From Podarcis tiliguerta (lineage: Eukaryota), in assembly GCA_965153285.1 (NCBI GenBank), contig OZ229110.1: a stretch of DNA of 64,000 nucleotides; one strand, 5' to 3'. The translations under genes were made by a program, and so were the position numbers. The notes under the pieces are model-generated. The model was not told the DNA's origin, ran no database searches, and worked only from the letters and a program-made list of their open reading frames with translations. Numbering within the stretch: position 1 is the first letter of the stretch; each line of letters begins with the position of its first letter. Of the stretch, positions 41,301 to 49,670 are shown in pieces.

Positions 41301-42526
41301 TTCAGCCGCACTTATCAGTTGACTCCAGAGGCTGAATATGAATAGGTTTTTTTTCTAAAATATTGACAGATCTAAAAACACTAATGATTTCTTGTATCTA
41401 TTATGCGACTGCGAATGCTTCCAACAGGAACCAAGGCAAAAAATAACACTAGAGATTTACTGTAACTAGTGGTTGCATGCTATTTGGTGCTGAGCAAAAG
41501 GCACAAAGCATTCTGCACCTTCCAGAGTGGAAGACAGGATCATATCCTGTGTGCAGGCTGATTGCCCTATATAGAAGAATTAATCTTTGATTATATGGAA
41601 GCTCTCAAGGCAGCAATGTGGTGTACTTTATGCATGTTTTTAAAATGACAAATGACCAACTCTCTAAAACCTTATTTATTTATTTATTTTAAAAAAGGAA
41701 GCTAGGTTCCTCAGTTTTATTATCAGGAAAAATATTTCATCCAAAGTGGTTTGGGCCTTTGAAATGCACACAGGGGAATGCTATTCTCATCAACGTTTCA
41801 GACCCAAAACAAAGTGTTTTGCTGTGCTGCTGCAATTCCTAATCTAAGAAGCAGACTTATTAGTGGGAAATCTGTTGAACATTTATGCATTTCCTGCTGA
41901 TTCAAGAATCTTTAGATACTATCGTTTCTGTTTCCTCCATAAAGGAAGGCAACCATGGCAAATTTAAAAGGAGATAAAAAGTTAAAGAGAGATAGATAAA
42001 ACTATAATCTCTGTGATTTTGTACATTTGGCTAAACTTTAAGGATGTGCTCAGCAACAGAAAGTGAAGAAAAATAGTGATGATGGTAGAGTCTGGACACC
42101 TCTAAGTTATGCAGTAATACTTTTTTGGATTTAAAGAGGGACAACTGGGACATATATAAATGTATTCACACTTTCTGATATTAGCCAGGCAGGCAGCCAG
42201 CCAGACAACCACATACCCCTTCATTCTGTACCCTCCTACAAGTTTCCTTATTTTCTTTTCCAACTTACACTCAACATTATTCAGCTACTGAGCATGCTCA
42301 GTCCCCCCTCTCTCTCTATATTAATGTTTCCTTCCCCTGAGAAGCCTTCCCTCTTGTTCCTGGTTTTGGCTACAATCCTGTCAACACTCTCAGCTAAGAG
42401 ATTACTGTCACGGGTGGGGAGATTGTTTGTGTGAGCGAGGGGTGCTTTGTGGTGAAGAACAACATCAGAGAGACCCTCCTCAACTAAACAATAAATATCA
42501 ATACAGATTGCATCACCAACCTGAGC
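1431..42526 (-). CDS. THSD7B: THSD7B, partial multi-exon gene (3' half of the TSP1-repeat extracellular region); both ends extend beyond the window
   Basis: Exons with canonical AG/GT boundaries and matching phases splice into one 443-codon ORF of WSxWSxC/CxxxC thrombospondin type-1 repeats. Peptides such as GDCHLTEWSEWSSCELTCIDGRSFETMGRQSRSRTFIIQSFENQDSCP and PACRKPFSYCTQ match my recollection of human THSD7B better than THSD7A. Confidence 0.95.
3013..3108 (-). CDS. THSD7B: THSD7B exon, 96 nt: (G)GKCYNYVWKTSLWRDNERTVWCQRSDGVNVT(G)
   Basis: Acceptor ggactatAG, donor CAG|GTAGGG; phase 1 to 1. Not in the ORF track. Confidence 0.94.
3232..3321. repeat. Short palindromic interspersed repeat (MITE-like, about 90 bp)
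   Basis: ctgtaattctatatacacttagctgggagtaagccccactaagttcaat...gggattgcactg. Homologous pieces near 5369-5430, 14768-14830, 38638-38720 and 60370-60445. Confidence 0.6.
3832..4005 (-). CDS. THSD7B: THSD7B exon, 174 nt: (G)DCHLTEWSEWSSCELTCIDGRSFETMGRQSRSRTFIIQSFENQDSCPEQELETRPCS(G)
   Basis: Acceptor ttacacacAG, donor CCG|GTAGGG; phase 1 to 1. Confidence 0.95.
4933..5045 (-). mobile_element. CR1-like LINE 3' end fragment
   Basis: (CATAGAAT)2 tail followed by gaagggatcccaagggtcatctagtccaagcccctgcaatgcagga. Confidence 0.7.
5635..5794 (-). CDS. THSD7B: THSD7B exon, 160 nt: GGQCGDGFQVRDLTCMIHDGSLSATSKQAESSLCGELPSKDGALQLPCSVPCP(G)
   Basis: Acceptor tttctcttAG, donor CAG|GTAAAC; phase 0 to 1. Confidence 0.94.
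7059..7204 (-). CDS. THSD7B: THSD7B exon, 146 nt: (G)QMLRTRYIILQAQGEGRPCPTELTQYRSCVVKPCYSWVIGEWSPCKVK
   Basis: Acceptor cttgtttAG, donor AAG|GTATCT; phase 1 to 0. Not in the ORF track. Confidence 0.94.
10720..10944. mobile_element. Tc1/mariner (Tigger-like) MITE, family A copy 1
   Basis: TA|CAGTGGTACCTCGGG...CCAAGGTACCACTG|TA; 225 bp; TA target duplication. Confidence 0.88.
12257..12455 (-). mobile_element. MIR/CORE-like squamate SINE
   Basis: cacaacaaccctgtgaggtagg...ctgagaggcagtgattggcccaaagtcagccagtgagcttcatggctgagtggggg tttgaatc, a MIR-type core and B-box on the minus strand. Confidence 0.7.
13000..13089. mobile_element. 90-bp minimal inverted-repeat element (MITE)
   Basis: TIR CATAGCTGTCAACTTTT is perfect over 17 bp and extends imperfectly to about 27 bp; TSD poor. 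Confidence 0.72.
13275..13301. repeat. (CA)n microsatellite; others near 7546-7568, 21483-21516, 22895-22921, 31151-31181 and 32211-32247
   Basis: Directly visible. Confidence 0.95.
13785..14010. mobile_element. Tc1/mariner (Tigger-like) MITE, family A copy 2
   Basis: TA|CAGTGGTACTTCGGGTTA...TAACCCGAGGTACCACTG|TA; 226 bp; highly similar to copy 1. Confidence 0.88.
14456..14573 (-). CDS. THSD7B: THSD7B exon, 118 nt: LNLETPAQMVVDCLVECVVSCQFSEWSAWSECSHTCGLA(G)
   Basis: Acceptor gcttacAG, donor CAG|GTAACC; phase 0 to 1. Contains the TSP1 WSxWSxCSxTCG motif. Confidence 0.95.
15289..15404 (-). CDS. THSD7B: THSD7B exon, 116 nt: (D)WSTCQLNENATCGQGIRNRLLSCVRSDGKVVAMTYCEQ
   Basis: Acceptor tttcttatAG, donor CAG|GTAAGG; phase 1 to 0. 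Not in the ORF track. Confidence 0.94.
17200..17341 (-). CDS. THSD7B: THSD7B exon, 142 nt: PCDPNIMQTRTRHVLRSPLNPKTCPDGSQMRPCVLNQNCFQFHYNLT(D)
   Basis: Acceptor ttttccccccctAG, donor CAG|GTAAGA; phase 0 to 1. Confidence 0.94.
17619..17754. mobile_element. hAT-type palindromic MITE related to the copy at 38091
   Basis: CAGGCACCCCCAA...TTTGGGGATGCCTG; TSD TATTATAT/TATTAGAT; shared core ctacaactcccatcatccct. More decayed relatives lie near 23120-23190, 29175-29300, 47870-47960, 52765-52870 and 61150-61265. Confidence 0.82.
23322..23457 (-). mobile_element. tRNA(Lys-like)-derived SINE with CR1-like 3' tail
   Basis: Reverse complement: ...actcttaatctcagggtcatgggttcaaacccc...ggttggactagatgacccttgtggtaccttccaacc...attcta. 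The 5' end abuts the MITE at 23459. Confidence 0.8.
23459..23700. mobile_element. Tc1/mariner (Tigger-like) MITE, family A copy 3
   Basis: TA|CAGTGGTACCTCAGG...CCAAGGTACCACTG|TA; 242 bp, with one extra 16-bp internal unit. Confidence 0.88.
25204..26034 (+). mobile_element. Possible solo LTR (Gypsy-like)
   Basis: TGTGAGA...TAACA termini, TATA-like ataataaaa, purine-rich middle and AATAAA near 25899. No TSD confirmed. Confidence 0.35.
26644..26873 (+). mobile_element. Sauria SINE with internal deletion and (ACCTTT)n tail
   Basis: cgcgggtggcgctgtgggttaaaccacagagcctaggg ... ggtcaggggtccctttacctttacc. Lacks the segment after gtaaacagcgt that is present in the copy at 1-229. Confidence 0.88.
27285..27438 (-). 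CDS. THSD7B: THSD7B exon, 154 nt: (R)CINTTEDGSDESVANMLCNQSEIPLERQKCTLYCPSECVVSEWGRWSQCPK
   Basis: Acceptor ctctgtAG, donor AAG|GTAAAT; phase 2 to 0. Lies inside ORF 27213..27467. Confidence 0.94.
27960..28093 (-). CDS. THSD7B: THSD7B exon, 134 nt: VYEAVPCYSECNQYSWIAEPWSPCEINSELNSLHCGEGIQTRKI(R)
   Basis: Acceptor ttttccctggaAG, donor AG|GTGAGT; phase 0 to 2. Not in the ORF track. Confidence 0.93.
30255..30462 (+). mobile_element. Old LINE/SINE 3' end ending ggcctgattcagcag...ttatgtt
   Basis: Homologous tails at about 470-546 and 48140-48275. Family assignment (CR1-like) is tentative. Confidence 0.55.
32085..32360 (+). mobile_element. L2-like LINE 3' end with AT-rich tail and embedded (CT)n(GT)n
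   Basis: ...ttgtaatccaccctgtggtcctcagatgaagggtgatatagaaatttaataaataataaat; the same tail occurs at about 8890-8950. Confidence 0.55.
33557..33685. mobile_element. hAT MITE
   Basis: Imperfect TIR CAGGGCTTTTGTTC / GAAAAATAGCACTG; perfect 8-bp TSD GAAAGAAC. Confidence 0.85.
33731..34320 (-). mobile_element. Possible solo LTR
   Basis: Minus strand also reads TGTGAGA...TAACA, with AATAAA near the 3' end and strong purine skew. No TSD confirmed. Confidence 0.3.
36583..36704 (+). mobile_element. tRNA(Lys-like)-derived SINE with CR1-like tail, nested in an AT-rich older repeat (about 36360-36906)
   Basis: A-box TAGCTCAGTTGGTAGAGC, then ctcttaatctcagggtcatgggttcaa, then gggttggactagatgaccctc. Confidence 0.8.
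38091..38225. mobile_element. hAT-type palindromic MITE
   Basis: TIR CAGTGGTGGCCAAACTTGGCCCT; perfect 8-bp TSD CCCTAGAT (38083-38090 and 38226-38233). Confidence 0.9.
38318..38386. repeat. (TC)n(AT)n compound microsatellite
   Basis: Directly visible. Confidence 0.95.
42521..42526 (-). CDS. THSD7B: Candidate 6-nt microexon GCTCAG encoding Ala-Gln (phase 0-0)
   Basis: Minus strand reads ...actaat...ttttctctcctttttgcttgtcacgacttgctaacatggacatctacaaAG|GCTCAG|GTtggt. There is an 85-nt AG-free zone upstream, and the phase matches the next exon (VYEAVPC...). The paralog THSD7A has ...NQAQVYEVVPC at this position (recalled). Confidence 0.75.
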
Positions 42527-45500
42527 CTTTGTAGATGTCCATGTTAGCAAGTCGTGACAAGCAAAAAGGAGAGAAAATTATATATTCATTAGTTTTGTTG
42601 TTGCAGGAGAATACTGAAAGAGCACAAACCCCGTTTAAAACTATAGTGTCTATAACACAAGGTTTGTATTTGATTCCTGAAACGCCCTCTCTTTGTCCTT
42701 TTCTTTAAAAAAAATAATTATTCTAGGTACACATCCAGTGTAAGCTATTGTGAATGAAATGACTAAGTAAATGAATGAATTGCATTATTAACCTTTATTA
42801 TTACAGCATAATAGATAGGTACTGAAAATCAAAGATGCTTTATGGGCAGGACGATGCAGAATACCCTGAAATTGAGGATTATCAATTACTTCAGACACTG
42901 ATCCTTGCAGAAACATAAATTTAAACTGGGTATCAGTTCGTGCCTGGCATAAATGCATATTTGTGTGCTTGGGTGACATACATACATACATACTCACACA
43001 GCCAGATACATTATGTGTTGGCAGCCTCCATCACATGGTACTCAATCTCTATAAATTGCTAAGCAATCTCTAAAGTAGTAGAATTACAAGGATTTAATAT
43101 TTCAAGTATTCTTGAAAGATCATCTTGAACTACATTTGTAAGTCTTCTCAAACTTCTACTACTTGAAGAAAATGTTGGAACAGTGTACAAACATAAACAA
43201 TGTTTTATTTTTCACTTATTAAGCACATGCAAAGCATTAAATCCCTATTCCAGATGTCCAAAGCAGTTTCCCAGTGCTTTGTTTCTACAAAATCCTGGGT
43301 GTTTCTGAACATCACACCAGCTTTCTGAAGAGCATCCCGAGAAGCATTTCGTGATGTGCTCTATAGCACATTAACCCCTTTGTAATATTTCTGCACATTA
43401 GGAACTTGCTTGACAGAATAGAAGTGGAAGCAGAGGAAGTAAGGAGCTATGAAGACTCAGGAGATAATAGATCTCTAAGAAACGATGAAAGAGGATAGTA
43501 GGGAAAGGCAGATGGAGAGCAGGATGAAAAACATGTGAAGCTGGTTAACTCAAGAGTGGCTGGATAAGCGAGGAAGAGAAATGTGTGAAGGAAAAGCAAC
43601 GTGAACAAAATATCAGCGATAGAAAGAGGATTTTAAGGCAGCACTAGTGCAATAAAGCTACTAAGGTAAATGCTCAGTGAGAGCTTTCAATTTTGAGAGC
43701 CATGTTGAAATCTAAGGAAGTGCTACTACAGGAAAGAACACAAGAACAGAAGAGAGAGAAAGGCAGAGCACAGTACCATCATATTTTAGCATCTAAGGCA
43801 CATCTTCATGGGGCTTTCTTTGGGAAGCAGATGGGTTCATTCTGTACATCTCTTTCCCGATTCACTGATTCATTGTTTGTTGGTTAAGCCAACAGGATTG
43901 GTAGCACTGTGTTTTCCAAGTACAGGTGTGCAGCAGTACTATGGGCTGCCATATTTTTGGGCTGTTGGTGGACTTTTCTTAAATCCTACTTTACTTTTCA
44001 ATTACTTAATAGGAAACATGAGTTCCATGCACAGGTGTCCCTGAAAGAGAAAAGCTGCTGTCTTAGAGCCCATTGCTACTGGAGTCCCCTCAATGAACAC
44101 CCACACTTAATTAATATGTTCCTGTCCTAAAATGACTTCTTCAATCTGGGGACTTTGCTAAAAAGAATCAACAAATGTTTGTCAGCAACATGCTAAATAT
44201 CCATTCTCTGGAAGCTTAATGAACAGCTTCAGCACATACCCTGGTATCTTAACCACTGGCCAGCTGCTGTTAAGCACCAGCAGTCAAGTAGAAGCACTTT
44301 CCTTCCTTCCTAATCTCAAGTGGCAATGGGACAAATGTGCAGGGTTCTTTGTTGTGTAATTACTATAATTAGCTGGTCCATTACCGCAGCTCCTTTAGGT
44401 CATAGGCTCTAACTCCAGAGAAGTACTAAATGCTGTTGATAGTCAGCTTGGGGGATGTTAAAGCAAGAATGCTTACAAATAGAGGAGTTTGACAAGTTTC
44501 AAAGAAAATAGTTTAGTAGTAATCAAATAAAAACATTGTGGGTTAGATAAACCATGGAAGGGTATTCTCACAAGATTGTGTCAATGTAGCTTGAAGAAAT
44601 TAGCTCCTTTTAAAACCCACAATTAGATTTGGGGTGCTTCCCCCCCAAGAAGAGTACAGCAAAGTCCCAGTGACATCCATCGGTTGGGATCCAGTGTTTT
44701 GGGATGACAAAATAACAACTCTGCATGGTCATGTAGCCAGAATGGTAGAATATAAGTACACAAAAATTTTGAAGGGCAATGAATGTCTATCCAAGAGACA
44801 ACAAAGCTGATTAGGCCACATATGCCGGTGACTTCAACACATGATGACGCCTCAAACAATAGGTCAAGTAACAATGCTACCTTGGTAATTTCACCAGTAC
44901 AGCACTTTCTACCCAGGTATTATAAAGAGCATCCTCCTCTCCCCCACCACAGCCCTGTAATTGTTAGGAGGAAATACTGCTTCTTTATACTAATAGATTG
45001 GTATATCAACCTATATTACTTTCAAGCTAGCAGAATAAAGAGTAATTCCAAAAGCTTTAATAGCAGTCTAGTAGCCACAGCAGCACATATTCAAGCTGTA
45101 TTCTGAGGTTGCTGCAATCTGACAAATAATGGGTTCTCTTGGACAGTTCCATTGTTAAGAGAACTCAATGGCACCTGAATGAGAATTAAGCACAAAGGGA
45201 GCTTCATTCTACCAACTGTGCTAAGTAGAAGCTGGTTGTGCTTCCTATCTTAAGCCGCTCTGCACAGAACATATTAAACAAAATTTCCCGAAAGAAGGGG
45301 GGAGGGCAGAAAAACATCTCCACGTCTTGCAATGCCTATGATTGTAGCATTTTACACATTAAGCTGCATGTAAGGTTAAGGTTAACAGAGTGTTGGTAGC
45401 ATTTAGCCCTTGTCTCCTCCAAATTACACCCTCCCTTTTCAGCTGTTCAATAGTGAATGGGATTTTGAAGCTTGAGTGCAGCCAGCAACATAGGAAGCAG

Positions 45501-48454
45501 CCTTAGACGAGGCCAGACTATCTGCCTAATCCAGTTTTATCTGCTCCGATTGGCAGCAACTCTCTGGAGTCTTGGGCAAGCATTCCCCCCCCCCCAACCT
45601 CTAGGTACACCTGACATCTGAGATAAAACAAGTGATATTTGAGATCAGTGGCAGGTAGAGAGAAAATCTCTTCAGTGGTGATACTCAATTTTTTTTTGGA
45701 ATTCTATATGCAGGGAGCCTCACTGGGTTCCAACATTGTGATCAGCCAAATACGTTTCTGTTCTCCCAGTTTAAACACTTTAAAAATGTTGTTGTTGTGT
45801 TTTTAAAACAACACACTGTTATCTTGTGTATTTTTATCTTGTTTTTAAATTATTCATCTACTGCAAATGTATATTTAAGAAAAAGGAAGGGAAACAACAG
45901 CAGCAGCAGCAGCAAAAATAAAAAGTGGGGGTTGTAAATGGTCTTGGAAGCTTTGCTGAAGTTCTGTATATGAATCGGAGTTGGATACCATTTTGGGGGA
46001 AAGGGCTGCATAACCTGGTGGAGAGCTGCTGGGCCAGGCATATTCCAAAAGTGGGTAAGTGAAACCCACACCCAATGACACATCCTTTATGCACACATTC
46101 ATCCCCCCCCCCACACACTTATAAACAGTTTTTTCCCATGGAAACTGAAGCATATAGTTAATTTTCACCTCTTATTGTCTCCACAAACTTTTTCCTACAA
46201 AGTTTGTAGGGGGAAATGGGAGGGGTCACTCTCCAAGCATGCAAACAAAACAAAACCCCACCCTTCTATAATCCCAGCAGAAGATTGCTAACAGCACCAG
46301 TGGACAGCTAAACTGGATGCCCTGCCTTGACATGAGTCAAACCCTCAAACTTCAAAGAACCGCACACAAGCAACTGCAAAATGCAGACACACTTTCTGCA
46401 CATTTACAAGCACTACGAACCTACCACCCTACTGAGGCATTTTCCTTTTGTGTTGATCTGCTTTTCAGAAGATCTTGCACTTTGCACAACGTCAAAGCCC
46501 TTTCTCTTCTCAGCTGCTTCCTGCTGAACTGCTAGTGGGTGGGAAAGGACCTCTGGGGTGAATGAAACCCAACGATGGGCCGTGTCTGACCCACAGGCTG
46601 AGGGCTCTTCACCCCTCACATAAATATTAGGGGGGGTCGGACTTTAGACAGATAAAGAAAGTATGGCATTCATAGTGCCTACATCACTGCCCCAGGATTA
46701 TCTGTATCATGCAACTGTCAGGTATTTCAATTTGTCTGTGTCTAAAATACAGATGAAACATTCTGGTCACCCAGGTAAGTAACCCAGATAAGGCTGGAAA
46801 GTATATCTTGAGAATTAACTTTGCTAAGAATGATAATTGATATTATGTGCATTCTCCACTACGTGAAGAACCAGATATTGATTTATCATTTCCTCTTTCA
46901 TTGTTTAATGGCAACAAGCAACCAGAAACACATTAAAGCCAATTTGTTCTTACTATCGCAATGTATTTTTTTGTTCAGCTGTAGAGGATGGAGTCAAGCC
47001 TCATCAGATTTACATCAAAGCATTTTAGCCTGCAGCTGTACCCATGCAAATTCCATAAACAGGCATATTTTTTTACCTGGTGCTCCAAGACTGAAAAAGT
47101 GAATATGATTCATGACAAATGAAACAATCTGTTTCAATATAGACTGCAATAAGAGGGGTTGTACAGGATTTCAATTTTTAAAAATTCATTTACACTGATA
47201 AAAGTAGCACAGAGAATTGACTTTTTAACTGGCCATTTAAAATCACGCTCTCGGAAGAAAGACTCTTTAAGTAGTAACAGAAGTTCATTCGCAACACTTT
47301 TCATATACTGCTAGGCATAGTTTGTCAATATTTTCCCCCAGATGGATATAGATCAGATGGATATAGAGCTGTGACTGATCCTGCACTGAAGCTGCTGAGC
47401 ATGCTCAGTGGTATCTAAGATTGCCTGCTCCTGTAGCCCTGAAACATCTGCACTGAAACAAGAGAAAAGGGAAATACAGGGGTTCCACTGGGCAGTCTCT
47501 CTGCAATCAAGACCACACTGAAAAATATCTGTTTAAAATAAGTTGGGTCCTTAAAGTGGCCCAACTGAACTAAGGGGTGTTTTATTGTATGATTAGGCCA
47601 CTTGAAATCTAACAATTCATCCAACTGTTGGCCTTGCCCTCACTAGCCAGCCGATCCTGGTCCTCAAAGAATGAAACTTTTTTGGGATTCAGAATAGGGA
47701 AGTGGGTCAACAGCTTGTCCTTCAATAGGAAAGGCTTGTCTGGATCTCTCTCTGTTCCCTACATGCTTCTTTGAAATATAGGAAGATACTTCGAGCTAGG
47801 GTGGCCAGATCAAAAGAGGCCAGGGCTCCTGCGGTATTTAATAGTTGTGGAGAAGAGGGAATTTCTGCTGGCATGAACTCCCACTGTCCCCAGTGAAAAT
47901 CTCAGCAGCTGGGGATGATGGGAGTTGTAGTTCAGTCCCCATGATCCCAGATGGGTGGAGATGCTACATGGGTCAATATGCTTCATGTGTCTTCTCCTGT
48001 TTTGAAAGAAGAATATGGGGAAAGCAGGGAGGTCCTCTTGCATCCAAGGAAGAGCTGCTGTGCTGCCATCTCTTGCTTCCCTGTCCTGAACCCCATGGGA
48101 AGCTTTTCTCTCCTAGGGACCAGGATGAGCTGGTGGGTGTGGATATAGGACAAGAATCGCTTGTACTCAGGTCCTACACTTTTGGGCTTCCAGCAGCTAT
48201 CTGGTTGGCCACTATAAGAACGTGATGTTGGGCTAGATGGGTGTTTAGTCTGTTGCAGAACTCTTATGTTCTTAATGTGGTATGGACTGTGCTATCCATT
48301 GCTTGCAGAAATTGAGCTGGAGAGTGACTTATCTGAACCGGTCAATAGTTTATAGGCAGGCACATGACTGCTTGGAAGAAATCTGATTATAAGATATTCA
48401 AGTGAGTTTGTTTGAACTTATGGTATGAATGGCCTATTAATATTTTTTATATTA

Positions 48455-48696
48455 CAGTGGTACCTTGGTTCTCAAACTTAATCCATTCCGGGAGTCCATT
48501 CGACTCCTGGAACCATTAAAAAACCAAGGCGTGGCTTCCGATTGTCTGCAGGAGCTTCCTGAACTCAAGCAGAAGCTGTATTGGATGTTCGGCTTCCGAG
48601 AAACACTTGCAAACCAGAACACTTACTTCCGAGTTTGCAGCATTCAGGAGCCGATTTGTTCAACAACTAAGCTGTTTGAGAACCAAGGTACCACTG
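48455..48696. mobile_element. Tc1/mariner MITE, family B (same TIR start as family A, different interior)
   Basis: Perfect 23-bp TIR CAGTGGTACCTTGGTTCTCAAAC, flanked by TA on both sides. Confidence 0.88.
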
Positions 48697-49227
48697 TATA
48701 AGCATTAAACAAAGTTGTGGCCAGAACTGGCTCTTACTACTAGGTTATTTCTACCGTTCTGGTAATAAAGGACAATCTCTATTTGAAGACTTCAAATAAT
48801 GTTGCAACAAAGCAGCTTGGAATTATAGAATGGATGAAACTCTTCAAAAAATTGTTGTTAACATAAAACATTAGCAATTCTTTCATCGCTTGGAAAACTT
48901 CCACTACATTTGCACATTCCCAGCGAGCTTCTCTGTACTCTGCAGCACAGGAAAAAGCTTTGGGTACATTTGAATAACTTTCAATCAGACATAAAATAGT
49001 GACGAGCAGCTAAAAAAAGTGAACAGCAACTAATGAAGTGCTGCTTACTGTACCAAAAAAAGGGGGGGGGGGTTTCCTGCTTTACATAAAACTGACAGGA
49101 TAAGAGGGCTTTAACTTTCACTGTGCAACAAAGTAGTAGTAAATAGATAAAGTGAAAGGATCACGGGTAAACACACTGACTGCATTATAGCTGACTTGCA
49201 GGGGTGGCTCTACCAGATGCCTTAGGC

Positions 49228-49670
49228 CAGAGGTTTTCAACCTTTCTGAGTCCAAGACTCCCTTGATCAACTCCCTTCTTTCTGCAGCACCCCTGTGGGG
49301 CTCAGAAGCCCAGTTATGTCACCTGTTGCCTGCAGAGCTGGCAGCCCCTCACCCCTTTCTGAATACTGTCCCTTGTGGAGGGTTCCCTCAGCCTCCTCTT
49401 CCCTCTCCTGGGGAGTCTCCTTGGGAGCTGCCTCCTCACACTGCCCCACAGGGGACTGGGAATCACCCTTAGGCCAGTCCCAGAGGCACCATTTGACTGA
49501 GGAACTTGTAGCCAGGGCTGCTGCAACAAACAGCTATGCAAACCTTTGGTAGGCAGAGACATGAGAAGGCATCTGAGGAGGGAGGGAAGGAAAGAGGGAC
49601 AGAGGCCAGTGTTGCCTGTGGCACCCCTCAAGGCACCCCAGGGTGCCACAGCAGGGATTGAAAACCACTG
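49228..49670. mobile_element. Non-autonomous hAT (Charlie-like) element
   Basis: TIR CAGAGGTTTTCAAC / ATTGAAAACCACTG; 8-bp flanks CCTTAGGC/CCTTGGAC (6 of 8 match). Confidence 0.78.
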
